Below the pieces are notes generated by a model. The model ran no database searches. It had not been told where the DNA came from and saw only the letters and a program-made list of their open reading frames with translations. Shown in pieces: positions 26,684 through 35,262 of a stretch of DNA of 40,438 bases. The translations under genes were made by a program, and so were the position numbers. This DNA is from Phycisphaerae bacterium (GTDB taxonomy: Bacteria > Planctomycetota > Phycisphaerae > Sedimentisphaerales > Sedimentisphaeraceae): positions 1 through 40,438 of the forward strand of contig WGDE01000234.1 in NCBI GenBank assembly GCA_015493385.1. The letters are read 5' to 3'. Position 1 is the first letter of the stretch. Every line of letters starts with the position of its first letter.

Positions 26684-26698
26684 AGTTGTTAGTGGTCA
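26684..26698 (+). repeat. short intergenic repeat family R4, copy 2
   Basis: AGTTGTTAGTGGTCA lies 8 nt after the stop of the 25123-26676 gene and is followed by gtgggtaatttaacc. Confidence 0.5.
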
Positions 26699-26756
26699 GT
26701 GGGTAATTTAACCTTTATCTGAAATTTTAAACTAAGAAAAGGTTTTTGAAGTTTGT

Positions 26757-27341
26757 TTATTTGTCTGATTTCTCTTCGATTGCCTTGACTTGTGATTCTT
26801 TGCCAAGCTGCGAAGAATTATCTATCCATGAGATAGCATTCTTGAATTCATCGCTATTATTCTGTACGCTTGCTGAGTCGCAAAGACTGCATGCAAAGAG
26901 AATAGGGCTCTCAAAAGAATGAACCATTGCACTGTTTTTACACATCTTTTTAACTGCAGGCACACATTGGAGCGGTGACATAAATACTGCAAAAAGAATC
27001 CAGCCACCCAAAATATATCCCATAATAAAACCGAGTATGATATTGGCAAATCTAGTAAAATTAACCGGAAGAGTTAGTCTTATTCCATGAAGGATGAAGG
27101 ATTTAGCAAAAAACTGCATAAGAATAAAGACCAGTACTCCAGCGCCAATAAACATTGCCATATGTGCAATTTGATTTTCGAATGCTGTAGGAAAACTTTT
27201 GCCAAGAGAAGCTGTTACTCCGACAGAAATATAAACCGAGATAATCAGGTTGAATGCTGCAACCCATATCTGAGGGAATTCTCGCCTAGAGGCTAAGAAA
27301 GCACTGATTACGCTAAATAATAAACATATCCAGAAAACCAT
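26757..27341 (-). CDS. polytopic membrane protein, CvpA-like (tentative), with a Cys-containing C-terminal tail
   Basis: 194 aa with 4-5 hydrophobic helices. The N-terminus (…SAFLASRREFPQIWVAAFNLI…) resembles the CvpA G-x-RRGF pattern. It starts 17 nt downstream of the GspE-like gene on the same strand. Confidence 0.5.
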   Translation of the reverse strand: MVFWICLLFSVISAFLASRREFPQIWVAAFNLIISVYISVGVTASLGKSFPTAFENQIAHMAMFIGAGVLVFILMQFFAKSFILHGIRLTLPVNFTRFANIILGFIMGYILGGWILFAVFMSPLQCVPAVKKMCKNSAMVHSFESPILFACSLCDSASVQNNSDEFKNAISWIDNSSQLGKESQVKAIEEKSDK

Positions 27342-27358
27342 AAAAATAGAATCCTTCC

Positions 27359-28930
27359 TTAGACTACACGTTTAATTTCATTGAATGTAGTTAAACCATT
27401 GAGAACATGCTTCATCGCCTGTTTGCGAAGTCTAGGCTTAACAATATTTTCACCAAGTTGGCGAACCTTACCAGCTGTTACGCCATCAGTGAAGAGTTTT
27501 TGCTTTAGCTCGGTATCAAGTTTTAGTACATCGTATATGGCAATCCTGCCGCGATAGCCAGTGTCACCGCATCTTACACAGCCTACCGGTTGCATAATCT
27601 TGTCAGTGTTAATTCCGCGGCTCTCAAGTTTGGCGGTTTGCTCCTGAGACAATGACGCCTTTGTCTTGCAGTCATCGCAAAGCCTACGGACCAGCCGCTG
27701 AGACATTATTATATCCAGCGCCGACGCAAGCATTATAGGCTTTATCCCCAAATCCATAAGCCTGACTATAGCGGAGAAGTTGGAGTTGCTGTGCAAGCTT
27801 GACAAAACGAGATGCCCTGTGTTAGATGCCTGCATAGCAATCTGGGCAGTCTCTTCATCTCTAATCTCGCCAACACAAATAACATCAGGGTCCTGACGCA
27901 GTATTCCTCGTAGAGCCTTGGCGAAGGTTACATCCGCTTTTGTGTTCACTTCGATCTGGGATATATTCTCAAGAGGATGCTCAACTGGATCCTCGACGCT
28001 AATTATATTCCGCTCATAGGCATTTATATGAGATAGCATGGCATAGAGTGAAGTAGTCTTGCCGCTTCCTGTTGGTCCGCAAGTTAGAATCATGCCATGC
28101 TGCTTGCTTAGAGTATCTGTAACTTTCTTGAGGTCTTTACCGCTTAGACCAATTTTCTCTAGGTCATAGAGGTCGGTATTTGGAGAGAGTACACGAATAG
28201 AAAGCTTTTCGCCGTTAACAACTCCCGCACTGGCGACACGGAAAGATGCGACGCCGCTATCGTGCCGCGCTGAGAATGCTCCGTCTTGAGCCTTTCTTCT
28301 CTCGGCGATATCCATGCCAGAGAGCGCCTTAAGGCTGTTGACCACTGCAACGCAAGTGCCTTTGTCAACTTCCTGCATTACACGCAATTGGCCATCAATA
28401 CGAAAACGAACCGTATATTTCTCGCTCGAGACAGGGTCGATGAGAATATCGCTCGCCTGCTCGTTAAGACAGTCCCAGACAATCGTCTCTGCAAGAGAGA
28501 GTATCCCCGAGATATCATCTTTTCTTTTGTCGCCACCGTAGATCTCATCAAAGCTCTTTCCGCTCATATCTATCAATTCAACCGAATTTCCAGTCGAATT
28601 TCCAGCAATGTGTCTTTTAAAGCCAAAGAAAGAGCCCGAGGCAACTTTTTTAAGCATTTCCCAGGTGGTTATCTGCTGCCTTTGGGCTTCATAGTAGATA
28701 TATATTGCATAGAGCCCGAAGAAAACAAACGGTGCAAAAACAATTGAAATGATGTTGAGCCATTGCTTATACCTCTTAGGCATTATGGGGCTATCTTCCA
28801 TCGAGCCTGTGATAATCAAGCATAGATAGAACCAAGCAATCAGAAATACAACCCTTAATGGGTTAAATACAAATAATCCATCAAACTGAGGGACGGTTGC
28901 AATGGCACCCCAGAGATTTTGCTCTAACAT
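27359..28930 (-). CDS. GspE/PilB-family secretion ATPase with an N-terminal transmembrane anchor
   Basis: 523 aa. Walker A is LTCGPTGSGKTTS, the Asp box is ISVEDPVEH, Walker B is ILRQDPDVICVGEIRD, and the His box is TGHLVLSSLHSN. A tetracysteine motif is present (CDDC … CVRCGDTGYRGR). Residues ~25-80 form two hydrophobic helices (LRVVFLIAWFYLCLIITG and WLNIISIVFAPFVFFGLYAIYIYY) in place of the usual soluble N1E/MshEN domain. Confidence 0.85.
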   Translation of the reverse strand: MLEQNLWGAIATVPQFDGLFVFNPLRVVFLIAWFYLCLIITGSMEDSPIMPKRYKQWLNIISIVFAPFVFFGLYAIYIYYEAQRQQITTWEMLKKVASGSFFGFKRHIAGNSTGNSVELIDMSGKSFDEIYGGDKRKDDISGILSLAETIVWDCLNEQASDILIDPVSSEKYTVRFRIDGQLRVMQEVDKGTCVAVVNSLKALSGMDIAERRKAQDGAFSARHDSGVASFRVASAGVVNGEKLSIRVLSPNTDLYDLEKIGLSGKDLKKVTDTLSKQHGMILTCGPTGSGKTTSLYAMLSHINAYERNIISVEDPVEHPLENISQIEVNTKADVTFAKALRGILRQDPDVICVGEIRDEETAQIAMQASNTGHLVLSSLHSNSNFSAIVRLMDLGIKPIMLASALDIIMSQRLVRRLCDDCKTKASLSQEQTAKLESRGINTDKIMQPVGCVRCGDTGYRGRIAIYDVLKLDTELKQKLFTDGVTAGKVRQLGENIVKPRLRKQAMKHVLNGLTTFNEIKRVV

Positions 28931-29023
28931 ACTTGTCTCTCCTTAACAGCTCAAGTAGACGTAATAACTCTGCTAATTCTACCAGAAACCGGTGTGATTT
29001 CAATAGAATTATTAGAGGTTCTC

Positions 29024-30112
29024 TCAGTGTTGCAGTAACCGAGCAGGGTTATGTGTGGTAATTTGATTGACTATCTTTTTGTCTACTCCGCTATTAATCA
29101 GGGCAGGAATTACATAGTTAATTATTCTGGCGTAACCATGGCCTCCGTAGCTTCTGGTCATGATTTTTTGATACACATCATTGCCTATAACAATTTGACC
29201 TGCGTAGCCAGAATTAATCAGCCTAGCAAGACCAATGAGTTTGATACTGTCTGCGCGAGCAAAAGAATCGAAGCTGTCGTTGTCTGAAGGGGTACCAAAT
29301 AAATCAACACAGACATTTACTCCCTTATCAAGCGCCTCTCTAGCCCAGCTCAAATCTAACTGAAACAACTCTTGGTTTTGCAGAAAAGATTGCATATTCT
29401 GATTAGAAAATGTGTTGTGAATATGACAAAGCAATAGCTTCTCAGGCTTCATTCCTTCTTGTAGGCAAGTTTGTAAAATTTTTCTGCGCTTCTCAATTGT
29501 AGTTGTATAGCTTGTGTGGACGGTTACCATAAGCCCAGTTTCATTAGCAGCCCATACAGCAGCTTTTAGGAAGTTAAACTCGTTTTCTGAGCCGCTGGCA
29601 ATCGCCGTTTTTATATGGCCGGCTTTAGCATCTGTGCCATCAATCCCGCAATTAATCTCGTCTAGAAAGTGAGCTTGCATATCCTTTGCGCTCATGTTGG
29701 TAAAATGGTCGGGCCATGTTTCTTCTCGATACAGGCCTGTACTGGCGATTATATTTACGTTAGTGGCTTTTGAAATTTCTCTTAGTTTTTCAGTGTCACA
29801 ACGAATGCCCGGCGCGCTTGCTTCTAGGATGGTAGCACCGCCTTGATCTTTAAAATACTGAACCTCTCTTGTCATTAGCTCTGGGTCTCTGAGATTCCAA
29901 TTATCGCTGCAGTAACCAAGCCAACCATTGCGCAGATAGCACAAGTTCTTCATCTCTATTGGGCTGCGCAGATTGATAGGGCTCGTCTCTTGGATGTCGT
30001 CAGTGATAGGACTCGCAAAAAAGCTCAGATCAGCCAAGACATGCTCATGCATAGATGTCAGACCTATTTTGTCAGGTTCAATCGGACCACAAACAGTCAT
30101 TATTGTTTTCAT
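29024..30112 (-). CDS. phosphotriesterase-family (PTE/PHP-like amidohydrolase) protein, possibly a lactonase
   Basis: 362 aa. It has the N-terminal metal-binding motif GLTSMHEHVL (HxH) with later VTVHT, LCHIH and GNDV elements, as expected for the binuclear TIM-barrel PTE family. Confidence 0.7.
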   Translation of the reverse strand: MKTIMTVCGPIEPDKIGLTSMHEHVLADLSFFASPITDDIQETSPINLRSPIEMKNLCYLRNGWLGYCSDNWNLRDPELMTREVQYFKDQGGATILEASAPGIRCDTEKLREISKATNVNIIASTGLYREETWPDHFTNMSAKDMQAHFLDEINCGIDGTDAKAGHIKTAIASGSENEFNFLKAAVWAANETGLMVTVHTSYTTTIEKRRKILQTCLQEGMKPEKLLLCHIHNTFSNQNMQSFLQNQELFQLDLSWAREALDKGVNVCVDLFGTPSDNDSFDSFARADSIKLIGLARLINSGYAGQIVIGNDVYQKIMTRSYGGHGYARIINYVIPALINSGVDKKIVNQITTHNPARLLQH

Positions 30113-30252
30113 GATATATTTTCCATCCTATGCTATCTCAGTGCCTACGATAATCGCTTACAGTATAGCTTTTGATGCTCATAAAGACACTGTTTTTTTT
30201 TATGAGCTAAACAGATTTTGCGGTAGATTAACCTCAGATGAAAAGGGTTGAG

Positions 30253-30269
30253 TTAGTTGTTAGTGGTTA
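30253..30269 (+). repeat. short intergenic repeat family R4, copy 3
   Basis: TTAGTTGTTAGTGGTTA is identical to 23791-23807. It is followed 14 nt later by the palindrome GTTAATTAAC (30281-30290), which also occurs at the outer edge of the RAYT left arm (31952-31961). Confidence 0.55.
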
Positions 30270-30451
30270 GCGTTTCTAGAGTTAATTAACGTTCATACAC
30301 TTAGTGTCCTTTGCGTTAAAACAGTTAGGCTTCGCCAAGAGTTGACTTGAATATAATGGGGGTTATGCTATATTGACGAGAGGATAAAACAGTACCGAAT
30401 AAATCTTTTAAAAGAGACTAGCCGTCTCGAGAGTAAGATTGGAGATTAGAG

Positions 30452-31822
30452 TTGACTGAAAAAAAAACAGAGAGTTTTTTTAATGAAGTGGTTCTTGGAT
30501 CGAGACAAATCATTTTGTCAAACCTAGAGATTATTGTGGATCGCTACTTGGCAAGGCCTGATTATCGCTGGATTGATATGAAGTTTAGCCCAGTCGACGG
30601 GAAAGATCATTTTAATGATCCAGCTCACGGATCGGAGTCGATTTATATTTGGATTCAGGGCCGCGCTCTGGAAGCTCTGACTTTTAGCGCAATGTATCTG
30701 AAATCGCATAGTGATTTAGAACAAACAAAACCTCTTCTTGAAAAAGTAGAAGTAGTCCTGCGTGATTTGCTCGATCACATTTGCCAAGTGCGCAAACAAA
30801 ATTCAGGCCGCCTCTTCTTTACCATGACCCCGCAAGGCGAACCGTATAAATTAGACGCGAATGGTTCCAGAGAGGTGTTTAAGATTACTTCTAAAGACCC
30901 TTATAATTTTAGTGATCTGTTTACCTCAAAAGGGATTTATTCCGCCGCTTCTTACCTAGACGATAAAGATCTGATTGCTGATGCGCGTAGTTATTCTCTA
31001 AATATTGTTGATGCTATATTTAACGGCTCCTTTGCTTCAGACCAGCAACAGCTAGACCCAAACAACCCTGTGTCACCAGTAGCAGGACGATATTCGCATG
31101 GCCCGTTTATGATACAGATAGGTATGGCAGCTTTGATGGTAGAGCTCCAAAAAGACCCTCTAGGAGTTGAGTTGGGCTTGAAAGTTATTGAGCATATTTT
31201 GTCGCGGCATGTTAACATTGGCTCTAAATGGGAAAATTTAGAGGACTATGACTTTGTCGAGTTTATCGATAAAGATGGCAATCCGTATGAAGACCACGGG
31301 TATGTCATCTCTGACTCTGGGCATGCGCTAGAATTTGTAGGGCTTGCCTTAAAATTCACAGATGCTGTCAAAAAGTACAACCTCGCAGACGAGAAACAGT
31401 ATGCGCAGATTGAGCAAATTGAAGGTTATATGCCTGATATACTAAAACGAAATTTTGAAAATGGTTTTCAGGCTCAGATTGGCGGCATAGCTAAACTCTT
31501 CGATTTGATTAGCCGCACAACCGTTCATAAGGATATGCCGTGGTGGTCTCTTCCAGAGACTCTTCGCGCAGCCTTAGAATGCTGGAAAATATCAAAAACT
31601 CAGGAGCAAAAAACGTATTGTCTTAATGTCGCGCAAAAAGTTTACAACGCATACTGCGCAAATTATATTAAGCCTGAAACGAATTTCGTGGCTATTCAGG
31701 CAAGAGGGGCGGATGGCACAGTCGCTACGAGTATTCCTGCAGTCCCAGATATTGACCCACTTTATCACACCGGAGTTTCATTGATTGATAGCGTTAAGGT
31801 GATTGCCGATGCGATTTGGTGA
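30452..31822 (+). CDS. AGE-superfamily (N-acylglucosamine 2-epimerase / sugar isomerase-like, alpha/alpha-6 barrel) protein
   Basis: 456 aa. The TTG start is supported by GGAGA at 30441-30445 (7-nt spacing). AGE-like motifs are IYIWIQGRALEALTF, SDSGHALEFVGLALKF and MPWWSLPETLRAAL. Confidence 0.55.
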   Translation: MTEKKTESFFNEVVLGSRQIILSNLEIIVDRYLARPDYRWIDMKFSPVDGKDHFNDPAHGSESIYIWIQGRALEALTFSAMYLKSHSDLEQTKPLLEKVEVVLRDLLDHICQVRKQNSGRLFFTMTPQGEPYKLDANGSREVFKITSKDPYNFSDLFTSKGIYSAASYLDDKDLIADARSYSLNIVDAIFNGSFASDQQQLDPNNPVSPVAGRYSHGPFMIQIGMAALMVELQKDPLGVELGLKVIEHILSRHVNIGSKWENLEDYDFVEFIDKDGNPYEDHGYVISDSGHALEFVGLALKFTDAVKKYNLADEKQYAQIEQIEGYMPDILKRNFENGFQAQIGGIAKLFDLISRTTVHKDMPWWSLPETLRAALECWKISKTQEQKTYCLNVAQKVYNAYCANYIKPETNFVAIQARGADGTVATSIPAVPDIDPLYHTGVSLIDSVKVIADAIW

Positions 31823-31827
31823 TAATT

Positions 31828-31880
31828 GCTGGGGACGCGGAGCCCCAGCTCCGCATACCGTTCAATGCGGCTTTGACTGA
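31828..31880 (-). repeat. short intergenic repeat family R3, copy 2 (GC-rich hairpin)
   Basis: GCTGGGG-acgcggag-CCCCAGC forms a 7-bp stem 6 nt after the AGE gene stop. The extended region is the reverse complement of 2341-2387. Confidence 0.6.
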
Positions 31881-31985
31881 CAAATTTAAACTGGAGATTG
31901 CAGACATCTAGACGTAAATGATGCTAAGAATGCTAATTCCCCCTTACAAGCGTTAATTAACCTCTCATTACAGATAAGTGGTCGT

Positions 31986-32043
31986 CGCTTAGCGCGGTGG
32001 CGCAAGCCGCCCGATGTAAAATAGTGCGGCGATAGCCGCGTTC
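31986..32043 (+). repeat. REP unit (family R1), copy A, left of the RAYT gene
   Basis: Reads cgcttagcgcGGTGGCgcaaGCCGCCcgatgtaaaatagtGCGGCgataGCCGCgttc. Two hairpins are separated by a conserved linker. Confidence 0.75.
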
Positions 32044-32144
32044 TATCTTCTAAAATAATCGAATCACGATGGAAAAAGGGGTTGAAAGTAAAACGTTACT
32101 GCCTTAAATTACGGTAATTTCACTAAGTGTTGTCGGTGTTTAAT

Positions 32145-32633
32145 ATGAAACCACTAGCATACTTTATCACTTTTACAACATACGGAACATGGCTTCACGG
32201 AGATAATCGCGGGAGTACATATCGTAATGACGGTAAAACACAGAGACTTACGAGCTCTGAAAGATTTAATAACTATGAAAAAGATACACTCACAAATCAA
32301 CCCATAGTATTAAACCAATCCGACCGTGAAATTGTCTTAGAAGCTATAATAAAACATTGCGAAATCAAACAATGGAAATTGTTTGCAGCACATATACGAA
32401 CCAATCATGTACACATCGTTGTTAGAAGTGATGCTACTAAAAAACAGATAATGAATCAACTTAAAGCCTGGTCAACTCGAAATCTACGTAAGCAAAAAAC
32501 TTTTCCTATGAAAATATGGACAACTGGAGGTAGTGCGATCGCACTGTACAGCCCTGAAAAACTCTCACAAAAGATTTCCTATACACTTGAACAACAGGGT
32601 CAAAAAATGGAATGCTACCCTGATAAAGACTAG
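32145..32633 (+). CDS. REP-associated tyrosine transposase (RAYT; IS200/IS605-like HUH Y1 transposase)
   Basis: The N-terminus is MKPLAYFITFTTYGTWLHGDNRGS. The HUH motif is TNHVHIVV and the candidate catalytic Tyr motif is ISYTLEQQ (YxxxQ). ATG 32145 is preferred over GTG 32127. Inverted REP units flank the gene. Confidence 0.75.
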   Translation: MKPLAYFITFTTYGTWLHGDNRGSTYRNDGKTQRLTSSERFNNYEKDTLTNQPIVLNQSDREIVLEAIIKHCEIKQWKLFAAHIRTNHVHIVVRSDATKKQIMNQLKAWSTRNLRKQKTFPMKIWTTGGSAIALYSPEKLSQKISYTLEQQGQKMECYPDKD

Positions 32634-32669
32634 AAGTTATACCGGATAATGTAGGAGGGGTTTGAGATT

Positions 32670-32768
32670 GGAAACGGCTGGTGCCGTTGCTATTTTACAT
32701 CGGGCGAGTTGGAAACGGCGTTGCCGTTGCAATTTACATCGGGCGGCTTGCGCCACCGCGCTAAGCGG
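32670..32768 (-). repeat. REP units (family R1), partial copy B plus complete copy C, right of the RAYT gene and inverted relative to copy A
   Basis: Copy B (32670-32708) reads ggAAACGGCtggtGCCGTTgctattttacatcgggcgag. Copy C (32711-32768) reads ggAAACGGCgttGCCGTTgcaatttacatcgGGCGGCttgcGCCACCgcgctaagcgg. Confidence 0.75.
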
Positions 32769-33074
32769 AAAGCATTTTTTTTGTGATGGTAAGTTGATTA
32801 ACGCCTGACTACTCATTTCTCTTAGAAATGGTTGCGATTTTTTAATACAAATGTCGTTTTGGGTGATTGTATGTTTTGGATAACCACAAGGATTTTCCCT
32901 ACGATCTTATTCATTCTGTAATCGCCATCTATTCGTGGCTAGAAATGCTAACCCCTAACAACCAATCCCTACCAACTAACTCAACTCTTTTTCGCCCGCC
33001 TTTATCTGCGGTTTTATCCGTTTTTTGTGTCAAAATTCCATTTTTCCAAGATTGTGATTGATTTGAACGGCCGC

Positions 33075-33114
33075 TGGTATTACCATTGGTATTGAAATAA
33101 TTCGGATTGGTATT
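33075..33114. promoter_or_regulatory. candidate GntR-type operator cluster (three TGGTAT half-sites, one forming the palindrome TGGTA-T-TACCA)
   Basis: TGGTATTACCA lies at 33075-33085, TTGGTATT at 33086-93, and TTGGTATT at 33107-14, abutting the ATG of the GntR-family regulator (33115). Confidence 0.4.
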
Positions 33115-34260
33115 ATGAATAAAAATGAAAATCAAACAAATAATTACAAGAAAGATATGCTCGCCGAGCTAATCAAGAAGGATTTGCAGGGCGGCAGCTA
33201 TTCTCTTGGCGATGTAATTGAGTCAGAACGACGTTTGAGTGAGCGGTATGATGTTAGCCGTGTAACGGTTCGCTCGGCGATCAATATACTCGAAGCTCAA
33301 GGTGTGCTTTTGCGGTATCCTAGATTAGGAGCAGTTGTAACAAGCATTCCTCGCGCAGACCAATGCTCTTGCGAGAAGCCGGCAGAAAAACATGTCGGTG
33401 AGATTGTGTTTTTGCGATTGGGGTCTAATCCATGGACTAGCGATATATCTTTGGGTTATAGTCAGTATTGTAGCGAACATGGTCAGGTCTGTCGGATTGT
33501 GGATTTTAATGGTTCACACCAGAGGCTCTTAGAGTATCTAGATAAACCATCTCAGGGGACGGCTGGAGTTGTTCTGGTGGCGTATGATAATGTTGACTAC
33601 AAAAAAACTCTGCAAAGATTGGCAGATATTGGAGTAGAGGTTGTGTTGCTCGAGAGGACGATAGAAGGTTCTGGTTTGTCTTCGGTGAGCGTAGACAATT
33701 TTACTGGCGGCTACTTGGCAACGAACCATCTCCTTGAGCGATTTGGGCGCGGCGTTTTTCATATTGGCAAGCATTCGGGTTCGTCAAGTTTGCAGAAACG
33801 AATGGAAGGCTGGAAGTCGGCATTGACCCAGCAGGGCTTTGGTGATACTGCGCAACTGCTATTTGAAATAGATGTTCGTGATGAAGTGTTGGCAACTGAT
33901 TTTGATGCGCAAATAAAAGCTGGCTATGAAGCGGCAAAAAAAATACTCACTGACGAACACAAGCAAAAGGGAGGCTGGTCGATATTTGCTGCCAAGGATC
34001 TGATAGCGGCCGGTGTTTATAAAGCGGCACAAGAACTATCGCTTGAAGTAGGGCGTGAGGTGGCAGTGGTTGGTTTTGGCGATAGCCCGATGACAAAGCA
34101 TCTAACCCCGCCGATGTCGAGCGTCTATAGAGTGCGATCTGAACTGGGATATGCAGCGGCAAAGCTTGCGCGAAAGTTGATTGCCGAGAGATCGCATACA
34201 GCGGTGCATGAAGTGATGCCGGTGAAACTTATGATTAGAGAATCATCTTTGGGTGAATAA
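33115..34260 (+). CDS. GntR-family HTH regulator fused to a LacI/PBP1-type sugar-binding domain
   Basis: 381 aa. The N-terminal winged helix is SERRLSERYDVSRVTVRSAINILEAQGVL. The C-terminal periplasmic-binding-protein-like domain includes GVVLVAYDN, VVLLERT, SVDNFTGGYLATNHL and VAVVGFGDSP. An alternative start at Met15 is possible. Confidence 0.75.
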   Translation: MNKNENQTNNYKKDMLAELIKKDLQGGSYSLGDVIESERRLSERYDVSRVTVRSAINILEAQGVLLRYPRLGAVVTSIPRADQCSCEKPAEKHVGEIVFLRLGSNPWTSDISLGYSQYCSEHGQVCRIVDFNGSHQRLLEYLDKPSQGTAGVVLVAYDNVDYKKTLQRLADIGVEVVLLERTIEGSGLSSVSVDNFTGGYLATNHLLERFGRGVFHIGKHSGSSSLQKRMEGWKSALTQQGFGDTAQLLFEIDVRDEVLATDFDAQIKAGYEAAKKILTDEHKQKGGWSIFAAKDLIAAGVYKAAQELSLEVGREVAVVGFGDSPMTKHLTPPMSSVYRVRSELGYAAAKLARKLIAERSHTAVHEVMPVKLMIRESSLGE

Positions 34261-34297
34261 TACAAAACGAATTCTTATTGAGAGTGAGGCGTATTAA

Positions 34298-35254
34298 ATG
34301 TCAATTTCAGAAAAACCTATACTTGTGTGCGCAGCCGATATTACCCATGCCCCAAAAGCCAAGGCGGTCTTGGAGTCTGCTTTTCAAGTGCGATATATTG
34401 AACCAACAGAAGCTGCTTTGGCAAAGGCTATTGTGGGCGCAGACGCATATTTCGCTTCTCTTTTCGTTCGTCTTAGCGGAGATTTAATGAAGCTATCCCC
34501 GAGTCTCAAGGCTATCTCGACGGCGTCTACTGGCCTAGATCACATTGATCTTGAATATGCAGCGCAAGAGGGGGTAGCGGTGCTGTGCCTTAAAGAGGAT
34601 CGTGAGTTTCTGGATAAGATTACCGCAACCGCCGAGCTTGCTTGGGCGCTTGTTTTAGCGACATCAAGGCATCTGCCTGCAGCGGTAAACGCCGCTAAAC
34701 AGGGCAAGTGGGCAAGAGACGAATATCGTGGCCACCAGATAGCATATAAAACGCTTGGTATTCTCGGCTGTGGTCGTCTGGGCAATATAGTTGCTCAATA
34801 CGGTAGGGCTTTTCGAATGAATGTAATCGGCTACGATACTTCGAGTGTTGAGATTGAAGGCGTTACAAAAGTTAGCTACGATGAATTGCTTGCGCAGTCT
34901 GATATTCTGTCTGTGCATATTCATCTCAATGAAGAAAACCGTGGGTTTGTAGATAAGAAAGCAATCGCTAAAATGAAAAAGGGTGCAGTCCTTATCAACA
35001 CCAGCCGAGGTGCGATTGTTGATGAAGCGGCGCTGATAGATGCATTAGAATCTGGGCATCTCTCTGCGGCAGGAGTCGATGTTATTGACGGTGAATGGCA
35101 AAAAGATTTGTTAAATCATCCTATGATTGATTATACCCGCCGCAACGACAATCTTGTCATTACGCCTCATATTGGAGGTGTTACTTACGAATCTCAGGAG
35201 ATGGCATTCCTGGAAGCAGCAGAAAAACTAAAAAATTATTTTACAAAAGATTGA
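34298..35254 (+). CDS. D-isomer-specific 2-hydroxyacid dehydrogenase (PGDH/glyoxylate reductase-like)
   Basis: 318 aa with the NAD-binding motif LGILGCGRLGNIV and catalytic-region motifs LINTSRGAIVDE and ITPHIGGVT. Confidence 0.8.
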   Translation: MSISEKPILVCAADITHAPKAKAVLESAFQVRYIEPTEAALAKAIVGADAYFASLFVRLSGDLMKLSPSLKAISTASTGLDHIDLEYAAQEGVAVLCLKEDREFLDKITATAELAWALVLATSRHLPAAVNAAKQGKWARDEYRGHQIAYKTLGILGCGRLGNIVAQYGRAFRMNVIGYDTSSVEIEGVTKVSYDELLAQSDILSVHIHLNEENRGFVDKKAIAKMKKGAVLINTSRGAIVDEAALIDALESGHLSAAGVDVIDGEWQKDLLNHPMIDYTRRNDNLVITPHIGGVTYESQEMAFLEAAEKLKNYFTKD

Positions 35255-35262
35255 GGTTAGAG

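Larger units (their letters stand above)
31950..32804 (+). mobile_element. RAYT unit: HUH/Y1 transposase gene flanked by ~95-135-bp imperfect inverted arms carrying REP double hairpins
   Basis: The left arm (31950-32043) and right arm (32670-32804) are inverted copies. The outer ends are gcgttaattaacc and ggtaagttgattaacgc. The inner cores are cgcttagcgcggtggcgcaagccgcccgatgtaaa and its exact reverse complement. Confidence 0.7.

Noticed and set aside
27359-28930. Calling a type II secretion or type IV pilus locus from the GspE-like ATPase
   Set aside because: Only the ATPase is present. No platform protein, pseudopilin/pilin, secretin or prepilin peptidase genes are in the window.
30459-30467. 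A9 run at codons 3-5 of the AGE-family gene, and a T9 run at 30193-30201 in the upstream spacer, as possible slipped-strand phase-variation switches
   Set aside because: The genome is AT-rich and several other 8-9-nt A/T runs occur, for example in terminators at 24854-24861 and at 32774-32782. There is no evidence of length heterogeneity from a single sequence.
32867-33135. Small ORFs (64 aa and 68 aa, opposite strands) between the RAYT right arm and the GntR gene
   Set aside because: They mutually overlap, have no SD or motifs, and sit in a promoter/operator region.
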